From: Sphingobacteriales bacterium
Lineage (GTDB): Bacteria; Bacteroidota; Bacteroidia; Chitinophagales; JADIYW01
Reading direction: 5' to 3'
Length of the DNA: 64,000 nt
Assembly: GCA_016721245.1 (NCBI GenBank)
Contig: JADKIQ010000020.1
Location: 21,694-85,693, forward strand
Below are positions 17,739 through 27,650 of this stretch, in pieces (the first letter of the stretch is position 1; each line of letters starts with the position of its first letter). A program made the position numbers and the translations under genes. The notes beneath the pieces are model-generated. The model did not search any database and had not been told where the DNA came from. It was given only the letters and a program-made list of their open reading frames with translations.

Positions 17739-19022
17739 ATGTATTCTTGTAAACCAATCAGAAAAATCCTCGCTTTAATAGTAATTACTTTATTTCTATC
17801 TCTGTCAGCCACTTCTTTTGCAGCGGTTGCTGTACCGGATGTTGCAGCTACAGATGCAGCAGGTGTGGAAAGAGCAAAGGCAGGTATGGCTTTATTTAAA
17901 GCAAACTGTACCTCTTGTCATGCAATAGACAGAAAAGTAGTTGGACCTGCACTTACTGGTGTTTGGGACCGATGGGAAAGTGAAGCAAAAATTGTTGCCT
18001 GGGTGCAAAACTCATCAAAACTTATAGCAAGCGGTGACGCTTACTCTAACAAAATTTTTAATGAGTATAACAAATCTGTAATGTCAGCATTTCCTCAGTT
18101 AACGGCTGAGCAAATTATGGACATTCTGATTTACGTAAAAAACCCGGGTGTAGCCGAACCGGCAAAAGCAGCAACTGCAACTGATGCAGGAGCAACTGCT
18201 GGTGGTGCTGAAAATAAAGGTGCTTCTGCATGGTATATTTGGGCCTTGGTAGCATTTTTGGTAGTTTTGGCATTATTGCTATGGACAGTAACGTCTAAAT
18301 TAGACAAAGCTGTTAGAGAAAAAGCTGGTGAGGTAGTGGAAGATATTCCGTTGGCTAAAAAAGTATTCAGCAATAAAACATTTAAAGTATTAATGCTGAT
18401 TGGTTCTATATTGTTGGTATTCAATATCTTCGGTGGGGCTATCGACTTAGGTCGCTCTCAGGGATATGCACCCGATCAGCCGATTAAATTCTCTCACGCA
18501 TTACACGTTGGCCAGAATAAGATTGAATGTCAGTATTGTCATACCGGCGTTGAGAAAAGTAAACACGCAAGCATTCCGGGTACTCAGATTTGTATGAACT
18601 GTCACAAATATGTGCAGCAAGGTCCTAAATACGGTAAAGACGAGATTGCAAAAATCTATGATTATGCAGGTTGGGATGTTGACAAGCAAAAATTCACACA
18701 AGCTCCTAAAAATATCGAATGGGTAAAAATTCACAACTTACCGGATCACGTATATTTCAATCACTCTCAGCACGTGAAAGTTGGTGGTGTTAAATGTCAG
18801 ACTTGCCACGGTAAAGTGGAAGAGTACGAAGTGATGAAACAATTCGCTCCTTTATCTATGGGATGGTGTATCAACTGTCACAGACAAACGGAAGTGAAAT
18901 TTGCTGAAAATAAATACTATTCTGTATTCCAGAAATATCAGGACGAATTGAAAAAAGGCACTAAGTCTAAAGTAACAGTAGAAGATATTGGCGGTACAGA
19001 ATGTCAAAAATGTCATTATTAA
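17739..19022 (+). CDS. actA: alternative complex III subunit ActA (pentaheme) with an extra N-terminal class I cytochrome c domain
   Basis: Six CxxCH motifs: CTSCH in an N-terminal monoheme domain, then a TM helix, then CQYCH, CMNCH, CQTCH, CINCH and CQKCH. Confidence 0.85.
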   Translation: MYSCKPIRKILALIVITLFLSLSATSFAAVAVPDVAATDAAGVERAKAGMALFKANCTSCHAIDRKVVGPALTGVWDRWESEAKIVAWVQNSSKLIASGDAYSNKIFNEYNKSVMSAFPQLTAEQIMDILIYVKNPGVAEPAKAATATDAGATAGGAENKGASAWYIWALVAFLVVLALLLWTVTSKLDKAVREKAGEVVEDIPLAKKVFSNKTFKVLMLIGSILLVFNIFGGAIDLGRSQGYAPDQPIKFSHALHVGQNKIECQYCHTGVEKSKHASIPGTQICMNCHKYVQQGPKYGKDEIAKIYDYAGWDVDKQKFTQAPKNIEWVKIHNLPDHVYFNHSQHVKVGGVKCQTCHGKVEEYEVMKQFAPLSMGWCINCHRQTEVKFAENKYYSVFQKYQDELKKGTKSKVTVEDIGGTECQKCHY

Positions 19023-19052
19023 TATTCAAGAACTCAATTAACCTATATATAA

Positions 19053-22000
19053 ATGAGTAACAAAAAATATTGGACGAGCTTGGATGAGTTAAATGAAACT
19101 CCTCAATACAAAGAACAAGCTGCAAAGGAATTTAATTTTGAAATCGACGCAAACGATGCGGAAGATAATGGTGGTACCAATCGCCGTGACTTCCTAAAAG
19201 CAATGGGTTTCAGTGTATCTGTGGCTGCATTGGCTTCTGCATGTAAAATTCCTACACACAAAGCAATTCCTTACACGCTGGATACCAGAAAAGCAGTTCC
19301 TGAAGTAACACCGGGTGTAGCAGATTATTTTGCTACTACTTTTTACGATGGAAATGACTGTATCAATATTTTGGTGAAAACACGTGAAGGTCGCCCAATT
19401 AAAATTGAAGGAAATACTGATTCTCCTTTTACGTTAGGCGGAACAAACGCAAGAGCACAGGCTTCTGTATTGAGTTTGTACGATGTAACACGTTTAGCTA
19501 CTCCAACCATTAAAAATAAAAAGGCTGACTGGAAAACAGTAGATGCTGAAATTACTGCAAAACTGGATGCAATTGCAAAAAGTGGCGGTAAAATCGCATT
19601 GGTTACAGGTACTGTTGCTTCTGTGATTACTAAAAAAGCAATTGAAAAATTTGTAGCAAAATATCCAACCACTACTGTAGTTAGTTATGATGCAATTTCT
19701 AACTATGCAACAAGAAAAGCAAACCAGACGAGTCTTGGTGCTGCAATCATCCCTTCTATTAATTATGATAAAGCGGATGTTATTGTTGGTTTTAATACAG
19801 ACTTTTTAGGTACCTGTATTTCTTCTGTAGAAAATACAAAGAAATATATTGCAAACAGAGTACCGACTAAAGAAAATCCAAAAATGTCCCGCCACCACCA
19901 GTTTCAGTCAACTATGACGATTACAGGTGCAAGTGCGGATTACAGATATCCAATCAATCCGTCAGAAGAGAAACAAGCATTAATCAATTTGTTGGCAGCA
20001 GTTGGCGGTTCAGTAAGTGGTGTAAAAAACCTTTCGGGAAAAGACGCTAATGACGGTATTGCTAAAGTGGCTAAAGAATTAAGCGCTGCAAAAGGAAAAT
20101 CTGTTGTGGTTTCCGGTACTAATGATGTGGAGATACAATTATTGGTAAACGCAATCAATGGAACTTTAGGTAATTACGGTAGCGTGATTGATACTGCAAA
20201 CAACTATAATTTAAAATCAGGAAACGATGAAGCATTGGCTGCATTGGCAAATGATTTAAAAGCTGGTGCATACAAAGGAATTATTTTAGTAGGAGCAAAT
20301 CCTGTTTACAACACACCTTACTCAGAAATATTTAAGGAAGCTATTAAAAAAGCAGAATTATCCGTTTCTACGGCAGACAGACCTGATGAATCAGCTCAGT
20401 TTAGCCAATATATTGCACCAGATTCACATTATTTAGAGTCATGGGATATCATTGCACCGAAATCTGGTTTCTACGGATTCGTACAACCAACCATTTCAGC
20501 ATTATTTGATACCCGTCAGGCAGCAGCTTCTTTATTTACATGGGCAGGAGATACTACACCGATTGCACAAATCGTGCAAAATGAAGTAGCAGCCATCTCA
20601 GGTGGAAATTACCAGACAGCAATACAGGCAGGTTTCTTCGGAAGCGTTGCAGCTGGCAGCGGCGCAAGTGCTAATGTGGGCGCATCTGTAGCAGGTGTGA
20701 AAACAGAAACGGCTGCACCTAAAGGAATGGAAGTAATCTTCTACGAAAAAGTTGGTTTAGGTGACGGTAGCTATGCAAATAACCCGTTCTTACAGGAATT
20801 GCCGGATCCGGTGGCTAAAGTAACCTGGGATAACTATGTTACGATACCATATTCATATGCGAAAGCAAAAGGAATCGATCCTCAGCCATCTGAAAAAAAT
20901 GTACCTATTGCAAAAGTAACCATCAACGGTAAATCTATTGAATTGCCGGTTGTTGTTCAATTCGGACAAGCAGCGAATACTCTAGCTATTGCTTTGGGTT
21001 ACGGTCGTGAGAAAGCGGGTAAAGCCGGTGATATGGTAGGTAAAAGTGTATATCCTTTTGTAAAATCTGCAAATGGTGTCGCTTCTTATTCTACAGATGG
21101 TGCAACGATTGAATTGACAGGAAAAACATACGAGTTGGCATTAAACCAAACGTATCATACCCTAATGGAAGATTACAGTCTTCCGATGCGTTCTAAAAAA
21201 TACAGAGGCGAAATCGTTAAAGAAACGACTTTAGCTGAATACAAAAAGAATGAGCACGCAGGTAACGAAGACAGAGAAAAAATTAAAGAAGAATTCAGTC
21301 ACTCATTATATGACGGCTATAAACCAAATGACTATAAACAAGGTCATCACTGGGGAATGGTAGTGGATTTAAATGCATGTATCGGTTGCGGTTCATGTGT
21401 GGTTTCCTGCAGCATTGAAAACAACGTTCCTGTTGTTGGAAAACGTCAGGTTTACCGTTCACAGGAAATGCACTGGATGCGTATCGATCGTTATTATAAT
21501 GGAAATCCAGATAATCCGGATGTTTCTTTCCAGCCAATGATGTGTCAGCATTGCAACAACGCACCATGCGAGAACGTATGTCCGGTGAATGCTACCAACC
21601 ACAGTTCGGAAGGTCTGAACCAAATGGCTTATAACAGATGTATCGGTACAAGATATTGTGCAAACAACTGTCCTTATAAAGTACGTCGTTTCAACTGGTT
21701 GGATTATCAGGGAGCAGACAGCTTTGGTAAATTCAATGACGGTAAACGTTCATTCACAGATACAGAAGCACAATCTTATATGTTCGAAGATTTAACCAGA
21801 ATGGTATTGAATCCGGATGTTGTAACACGTTCACGTGGTGTGATTGAAAAATGCTCTTTCTGCGTTCAACGTATTCAGGAAGGAAAATTAACTGCGAAAA
21901 AAGAAGGTCGTCCGTTGAAAGATGGAGATGTGAAATCAGCTTGTCAGACAGCTTGTCCTACAAATGCCATCACATTTGGTGACCAGAACAATAAAGAAAG

Positions 22001-22151
22001 CGTAGTAGCCAAAACTTTTGATACAAGTGGAAGAAACTACTATGTATTGGAAGAACAGCATTTCCTTTCAGCAGTTGGCTATCAGGTAAAAGTTAGAAAT
22101 AAAGACGAAGAACCGGCACAATATTTCATTGATAAACCGTCGGAAGTTTAA
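19053..22151 (+). CDS. actB: ACIII subunit ActB (molybdopterin-oxidoreductase-like plus 4Fe-4S ferredoxin domains)
   Basis: 1032 aa with a Tat-like NRRDFLKAMGFS leader and Cys clusters CIGCGSCVVSC, CQHCNNAPCENVCP, CIGTRYCANNCP and CSFCVQR. Confidence 0.9.
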   Translation: MSNKKYWTSLDELNETPQYKEQAAKEFNFEIDANDAEDNGGTNRRDFLKAMGFSVSVAALASACKIPTHKAIPYTLDTRKAVPEVTPGVADYFATTFYDGNDCINILVKTREGRPIKIEGNTDSPFTLGGTNARAQASVLSLYDVTRLATPTIKNKKADWKTVDAEITAKLDAIAKSGGKIALVTGTVASVITKKAIEKFVAKYPTTTVVSYDAISNYATRKANQTSLGAAIIPSINYDKADVIVGFNTDFLGTCISSVENTKKYIANRVPTKENPKMSRHHQFQSTMTITGASADYRYPINPSEEKQALINLLAAVGGSVSGVKNLSGKDANDGIAKVAKELSAAKGKSVVVSGTNDVEIQLLVNAINGTLGNYGSVIDTANNYNLKSGNDEALAALANDLKAGAYKGIILVGANPVYNTPYSEIFKEAIKKAELSVSTADRPDESAQFSQYIAPDSHYLESWDIIAPKSGFYGFVQPTISALFDTRQAAASLFTWAGDTTPIAQIVQNEVAAISGGNYQTAIQAGFFGSVAAGSGASANVGASVAGVKTETAAPKGMEVIFYEKVGLGDGSYANNPFLQELPDPVAKVTWDNYVTIPYSYAKAKGIDPQPSEKNVPIAKVTINGKSIELPVVVQFGQAANTLAIALGYGREKAGKAGDMVGKSVYPFVKSANGVASYSTDGATIELTGKTYELALNQTYHTLMEDYSLPMRSKKYRGEIVKETTLAEYKKNEHAGNEDREKIKEEFSHSLYDGYKPNDYKQGHHWGMVVDLNACIGCGSCVVSCSIENNVPVVGKRQVYRSQEMHWMRIDRYYNGNPDNPDVSFQPMMCQHCNNAPCENVCPVNATNHSSEGLNQMAYNRCIGTRYCANNCPYKVRRFNWLDYQGADSFGKFNDGKRSFTDTEAQSYMFEDLTRMVLNPDVVTRSRGVIEKCSFCVQRIQEGKLTAKKEGRPLKDGDVKSACQTACPTNAITFGDQNNKESVVAKTFDTSGRNYYVLEEQHFLSAVGYQVKVRNKDEEPAQYFIDKPSEV

Positions 22152-22181
22152 TAATTAATAAAAGTCGTAAAGTAAGATATA

Positions 22182-23621
22182 ATGGCAAGTCATTTTGAAT
22201 CACCACTACGCGAACCGTTAATATTCGGTAATAAAACGTATAAACAAATTACAAACGATATCGTTGGGCCAACTACCGGTAAAGTACAGCCTAAATGGTT
22301 GTTCTGGACTTTGGTATCTGCTGCTGTTGCGGGATTATTTGTGTTTTGTATCACCTGGGAAGTTTGTTTTGGTATTGGTACCTGGGGTGCTAACAAAACG
22401 GTTGGTTGGGCATGGGATATCACCAACTTCGTTTGGTGGATCGGTATCGGTCACGCAGGAACACTGATTTCAGCTATCTTGTTATTATTCCGTCAGAAAT
22501 GGCGTACAGGGGTTAACCGTGCAGCAGAAGCGATGACGATTTTCGCGGTTGTCTGCGCAGGTCAGTTCCCTATCTTCCACATGGGGCGTGTTTGGGACGC
22601 ATTTTTCATCTTCCCTTATCCGAATACAAGAGGACCACTTTGGGTAAACTTTACCTCTCCCTTACTTTGGGACGTATTTGCGATTTCTACTTATTTCACT
22701 GTTTCTTTATTATTCTGGTATACAGGTTTAGTTCCGGATTTTGGTACTATTCGTGACCAGTCTAAGACACCGGGCAGATGGAAATTCTATAATTTCTTAA
22801 GCTTCGGATGGGTAGGAAGTGCTAAACATTGGGAACGATGGGAATCACTTTCATTAATTTTAGCAGGTTTATCAACTCCATTAGTATTATCCGTACATAC
22901 GATAGTATCCTTTGACTTCGCAACTTCCGTAGTTCCAGGCTGGCATACAACCATCATGCCTCCGTACTTCGTAGCGGGTGCGATTTTCTCAGGATTTGCG
23001 ATGGTATTAACTTTGATGTTAGTGGCGCGTCACGTAATGAATTTACAGGATTACATCACTCTGGCTCACATTGAGTCGATGAATAAAGTAATGTTGTTAA
23101 CCGGTACAATGGTGGGTATAGCTTATTTGACAGAGCTTTTCACAGCATGGTATTCCGGAAATATGTATGAAAGTTATGCATTCGCCAACAGAGCCTTTGG
23201 TCCGTATTGGTGGGCATACTGGAGTATGATGTTCTGTAACTTAGTATCACCGCAGGTGTTTTGGTTTAGAAAATTAAGAAGAAATCTATGGGTTACGTTT
23301 GCTATGTCTATTTTGATTAACATAGGTATGTGGTTTGAGCGTTTCGTGATTATCGTAATCTCCTTACACAGAGATTATTTACCATCAAGTTGGGTGTACT
23401 ATTCTCCAACATGGGTAGAAATAGGCATTTTCGTAGGAACAATTGGATTATTTATGACCCTGTTCTTATTATTCTGCAGATTCTTCCCGGCAATTGCGAT
23501 TGCAGAGGTAAAATCTATCCTGAAAGTTTCAGGAAATCAATACAGACAAGGACAATTAGATGAAGTAAAAGATCAGGAAGTATATAAAAATACATCAGTA
23601 GAAGCTGGAACCTGGGATTAA
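22182..23621 (+). CDS. actC: ACIII subunit ActC (NrfD/PsrC-like quinol-binding membrane subunit)
   Basis: 479 aa polytopic membrane protein of the NrfD-like family, located directly after actB. Confidence 0.85.
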   Translation: MASHFESPLREPLIFGNKTYKQITNDIVGPTTGKVQPKWLFWTLVSAAVAGLFVFCITWEVCFGIGTWGANKTVGWAWDITNFVWWIGIGHAGTLISAILLLFRQKWRTGVNRAAEAMTIFAVVCAGQFPIFHMGRVWDAFFIFPYPNTRGPLWVNFTSPLLWDVFAISTYFTVSLLFWYTGLVPDFGTIRDQSKTPGRWKFYNFLSFGWVGSAKHWERWESLSLILAGLSTPLVLSVHTIVSFDFATSVVPGWHTTIMPPYFVAGAIFSGFAMVLTLMLVARHVMNLQDYITLAHIESMNKVMLLTGTMVGIAYLTELFTAWYSGNMYESYAFANRAFGPYWWAYWSMMFCNLVSPQVFWFRKLRRNLWVTFAMSILINIGMWFERFVIIVISLHRDYLPSSWVYYSPTWVEIGIFVGTIGLFMTLFLLFCRFFPAIAIAEVKSILKVSGNQYRQGQLDEVKDQEVYKNTSVEAGTWD

Positions 23622-23648
23622 TTTTTAAAATTCATTATTAGAAATAAT

Positions 23649-24179
23649 ATGAGCGATACAAAAAAATATTTAGTAGGAATGTTCGACGACGACGATGTGT
23701 TATTACACGCCGTTAAGGACGTGCGAAATGCAGGTTATGAAATTACCGATGCATTTACACCATTTCCGGTGCATGGTTTGGAACATGCAATGGGTTTAGA
23801 ACCCACTCGTATTCATACAGCAGGATTCTTCTTCGGAGCTACAGGTTTAACCGTTGCGTTGAGTATGATTACGTTTATCAATAAGTTTAACTATCCGACA
23901 GATTATGGCGGCAAACCAAACTTTGGGTTGTTGGCATATGTACCGATTACATTTGAACATACCGTATTATTTTCTGCAATTGGTATGACTGTTTCTTTCT
24001 ATTATTTATGTAAACTTTGGCCGGGTAAAAAGCCGAAAATCATAGATGAAAGAACAACAGATCATTTGTTTGCATTAACATTTGAACTAGACAGCACTAA
24101 AGATGCTAATTATGTAAATGCTGTCTCTGAATTACTGAAAAAAGAAGGCGCTATCGAAGTTTATCAAAAAGAAGTATAA
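23649..24179 (+). CDS. actD: ACIII subunit ActD (DUF3341)
   Basis: 176 aa. YLVGMFDDDDVLLHAVKDVRNAGYEITDAFTPFPVHG is the typical DUF3341 N-terminus. Confidence 0.85.
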   Translation: MSDTKKYLVGMFDDDDVLLHAVKDVRNAGYEITDAFTPFPVHGLEHAMGLEPTRIHTAGFFFGATGLTVALSMITFINKFNYPTDYGGKPNFGLLAYVPITFEHTVLFSAIGMTVSFYYLCKLWPGKKPKIIDERTTDHLFALTFELDSTKDANYVNAVSELLKKEGAIEVYQKEV

Positions 24180-24183
24180 CATC

Positions 24184-24783
24184 ATGTTGAAACAATATCA
24201 AATCATATTTATCGTTTTAGTGCTTGGTCTTACATCTTGTATCCGAAGTTCTAAACAGCCGGGAAGACAATACATGCCCGATATGGCTGAAGCAGTTGCT
24301 TATGAGGCCGGTTCTCCAAATCCTATTTTTAAGGATGGAAAAACGAATCAACTGGCACCTGCAGGAAGCATGGCAAGAGGAAAGTACATCTATCCGTTAT
24401 CGGATTCAGATTATGAGAAATCCGCATCTCTGATAACAGATCCTTTTACATTTACGAAGGATGAAATAGAAGGAGAAGGTAAAAATTTATTTACTGTGAA
24501 CTGCGCTATTTGTCATGGTGAAAAAGGAGACGGACAAGGGTATCTTGTTCAGATTAATAAATTCCCGCCTCCGCCGTCTTATTTATCTGAACCATTATTG
24601 TCTTTGTCAGAAGGTAAAAGATATCATACGTTGATGTATGGAAAAAATATGATGGGTTCTTACGCATCACAATTAAATCACAGAGAACGTTGGTTAGTGT
24701 TAAGTTACGTGAAATCACTGCAGGATGCAAGCAAACCTGCAGCAGCTTCATCGGCAAAAACTGACTCAACTAAAACTAAATAA
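24184..24783 (+). CDS. actE: ACIII subunit ActE (monoheme cytochrome c lipoprotein)
   Basis: Has a lipobox (LGLTSCIRS) and a single CAICH motif. Confidence 0.85.
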   Translation: MLKQYQIIFIVLVLGLTSCIRSSKQPGRQYMPDMAEAVAYEAGSPNPIFKDGKTNQLAPAGSMARGKYIYPLSDSDYEKSASLITDPFTFTKDEIEGEGKNLFTVNCAICHGEKGDGQGYLVQINKFPPPPSYLSEPLLSLSEGKRYHTLMYGKNMMGSYASQLNHRERWLVLSYVKSLQDASKPAAASSAKTDSTKTK

Positions 24784-24804
24784 TAATTTAAACAGATTCT
24801 CGCA

Positions 24805-26109
24805 ATGAATACATACGTTTTTGATTCGGGCACCAAGAAAAATATTTTTATAGCTTTTGGCATAGGAGTACTTTTACTTATACTGGGTGTGTTGTTTTTT
24901 GGAAATAGCGAAAGCCATAGTAATCATGCCACTGCCACACACGGACAGGCGGTAGAAGCAAAAGCAGTAACAGCTGAACCTGCTGCTGCGGAAGGCCATG
25001 GTCATGCTGCGCCAACCTTGAAAATGACGGTTATCGCAAATATTTACAATATTTTCTATTTCGGATTTTATATTGCATTAGCAGCTTTGTTCTTCCTCGC
25101 AGCAACTAATATCGCTTGGGGTGGTTGGCAGATTCAGATTCAAAAAATACCATTGGCTATGGCATCCACTATAGTTGTATTTTTAGTTTGTTTACTGGTA
25201 ATGTTTCTATTTTTCAATCATGATATCTTTCACTGGACACATGAAGAATTATACATAAAAGGAAGCAAGACGTTTGATGAAACACTGAACACAAAACGTG
25301 ATTTCTTGAACATGACAACATTCTGGTCTTTTTATGTGATAATAGCCGGTTCTTGTTTAGCATTAACATATAAATGGTGGAACACGCTGACAACAATGGA
25401 TTCCAACCCTTCCAGAAAACTATTTTCTACCAGTCGTGTTATAGCTGCAACCACAATAGTTTTGATTTCATTCGTTATCAATACATTCGCAACATGGTTA
25501 TGGTCTATGTCTATTCAACCACATTGGTATAGTACTATGTTCACATGGAATACAATGGCAAGTGCTGCCGTTACTATGTTATCCATTGTAATACTGTTTA
25601 TACATTACCTGAAAGGAAAAGGATATTTACCAAAAGTAAATGACAACCATAAACATGACGTGGCTAAACTGATGTTTGCTATCAGTGTATTCTGGTGCTA
25701 TACCTGGTTTGCTCAGTATATGTTAATCTGGTATGCAAATATCCCGGAAGAGACAGAATACTTCCGCTTAAGAAGAAATGTAGATAACTATGGTATCTTA
25801 TTTCACGGAGCATTCTTTTTCAATTTCGTATTACCGTTCTTTATCTTAATGACCAGAAATTCTAAAAGAAGTAAAAATGTAACGATTGTTGCAGCTATTA
25901 TCATAATTCTGGGACAATTTGCAGCATTCTTCTTAATGAATTGTCCTGCATTATTACCAAAAGGCGGATTTGGATTAATTAGTTTCGGATTGTTTTTGAT
26001 GATTGGAAGTATATTTGTTTACCTCACTCTTGCAGTTTTAGCAAAAGTGAAAGACTTAGCATCTACCACTCATCCATACGTAAATGAAAGTTATCATCAT
26101 CATATTTAA
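24805..26109 (+). CDS. actF: ACIII subunit ActF (membrane subunit)
   Basis: 434 aa polytopic membrane protein in the conserved ActF position. Confidence 0.8.
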   Translation: MNTYVFDSGTKKNIFIAFGIGVLLLILGVLFFGNSESHSNHATATHGQAVEAKAVTAEPAAAEGHGHAAPTLKMTVIANIYNIFYFGFYIALAALFFLAATNIAWGGWQIQIQKIPLAMASTIVVFLVCLLVMFLFFNHDIFHWTHEELYIKGSKTFDETLNTKRDFLNMTTFWSFYVIIAGSCLALTYKWWNTLTTMDSNPSRKLFSTSRVIAATTIVLISFVINTFATWLWSMSIQPHWYSTMFTWNTMASAAVTMLSIVILFIHYLKGKGYLPKVNDNHKHDVAKLMFAISVFWCYTWFAQYMLIWYANIPEETEYFRLRRNVDNYGILFHGAFFFNFVLPFFILMTRNSKRSKNVTIVAAIIIILGQFAAFFLMNCPALLPKGGFGLISFGLFLMIGSIFVYLTLAVLAKVKDLASTTHPYVNESYHHHI

Positions 26110-26122
26110 AATTTAGTCAGAC

Positions 26123-27619
26123 ATGGCAATTATATTAGGCTTATTAACGTTAGTGTTGTTGTACATCGTAATTGTACAAATAAGCAAGGCATCAGATTTA
26201 ATCAAGTCCTTGCGTTCCGGTGATGAAAAAGAAGAGTCATTTGGAAACAGTGCATTATTTACCTCTATTATCGGTTTTGGAGTACTTGTTTATTCTATTG
26301 TAACTTGTTTTGTATATGGCCCAACGATGTTACCGAAACCTGCTTCCGAACAAGGCGTTTGGATAAATGATTTAATGAATGTCACAATTGTGTTAACAGG
26401 TGTCGTATTTATCATTACTCAGGCACTTTTATTCTGGTTTGTATATAAATATCATTACAGAAAAGGTAGAAAAGCATATTTCTTTGCAGATAATAATAAA
26501 CTGGAAGTAGCCTGGACAGTCGTTCCTGCTATCGTGCTCACTTTTTTAATTGGTTTCGGTATACAGAAATGGTTTAAAATATTCTCACCCGCACCAAAAG
26601 ATGCAGTTTTAATTGAAGCTACCGGTAAACAATATGCATGGTCAATACGTTATTCTGGTGCTGATCATACATTAGGAAAAAGAGACTTTTCCCTCGTGAA
26701 TCCAGATAATGAATTGGGAATAAACTGGAATGATGCTGCAAGTCATGATGATTTCATGGCGGATGAAATAGTATTACCGGTAAATAAACCGGTTTCAATA
26801 AATGTTGGTGCATTGGATGTTATACATAATTTTTGGTTGCCTCATTTCAGATTAATGATGTCGGCTGTTCCTGGTGTTCCAACACACCTTTGGTTTCGTC
26901 CGACTATAACCACTGAAGAAATGAAAAAGGAAACGAACAATCCTAACTTCGAATATGTTGTAGCTTGTAATAAATTATGTGGTTCCGGACACTATAATAT
27001 GAAGAAAAAAGTAAGAGTAGTATCACAGGAAGAATATGAAAAATGGTTCAGTGAACAAAAGTCTTATTATGCAACTGTTGTAAAGCCTGCAATGGAAAGC
27101 GGTACATTCAAAATGCCGGTTTCTGAGGTTTCAGAAAACACACCAGCAGCAGCAACATCTGCAAATGGATTTTCAGGCAAGCTTTCAACAGGCTTTGAAT
27201 TAGTAGGTGCTGTGAATGGAGGAGTGGAAAATAAATTGGTTAATTTTATTCAAAGTGATAAACAGGTTGCTAAAGATATATGGTTTTCTTTTGACAGATT
27301 GTTGTTCGAAACAGGTAAGTCAACATTGAAACCTTCATCGCAGGAACAGTTGAAAAATATTTCGGAAATAATGAAAGCATTTCCTGCTGTAGAAATTAAG
27401 TTAGGTGGATATACCGATAATGTTGGAGATCAGAAAGCTAATTTAAAATTATCTGATAACCGGGCAAAAGCAGTAATGGCAGAGTTGATTAAATTGGGTG
27501 TGGCTGCTAACAGAATAAAAGCGGAAGGTTATGGTGACCAGTTTCCTGTTGCTACAAATGATACAGATGCAGGTCGTCAGCAAAACAGAAGAATAGATAT
27601 TAGAGTAACTAAGAAATAA
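26123..27619 (+). CDS. coxB: cytochrome c oxidase subunit II with a C-terminal OmpA-like domain
   Basis: Two N-terminal TM helices and a CuA site (VIHNFWLP...CNKLCGSGHYNM). The C-terminal 112 aa (nt 27281-27616) match the OmpA/MotB peptidoglycan-binding domain (GYTDNVGD..N..LS..RA..V...GYG...PVA.N....GR..NRRI). Confidence 0.9.
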   Translation: MAIILGLLTLVLLYIVIVQISKASDLIKSLRSGDEKEESFGNSALFTSIIGFGVLVYSIVTCFVYGPTMLPKPASEQGVWINDLMNVTIVLTGVVFIITQALLFWFVYKYHYRKGRKAYFFADNNKLEVAWTVVPAIVLTFLIGFGIQKWFKIFSPAPKDAVLIEATGKQYAWSIRYSGADHTLGKRDFSLVNPDNELGINWNDAASHDDFMADEIVLPVNKPVSINVGALDVIHNFWLPHFRLMMSAVPGVPTHLWFRPTITTEEMKKETNNPNFEYVVACNKLCGSGHYNMKKKVRVVSQEEYEKWFSEQKSYYATVVKPAMESGTFKMPVSEVSENTPAAATSANGFSGKLSTGFELVGAVNGGVENKLVNFIQSDKQVAKDIWFSFDRLLFETGKSTLKPSSQEQLKNISEIMKAFPAVEIKLGGYTDNVGDQKANLKLSDNRAKAVMAELIKLGVAANRIKAEGYGDQFPVATNDTDAGRQQNRRIDIRVTKK

Positions 27620-27650
27620 TTAAATTTAAGTAGCCTTAAATTAACAATAT

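Noticed and set aside
22163-22176. agtcgtaaagtaag between actB and actC looks like a minus-strand fragment of the heptamer repeat (CTTACGACT).
   Set aside because: It contains only about 1.3 units with an interrupting triplet, so it is too short to distinguish from chance.
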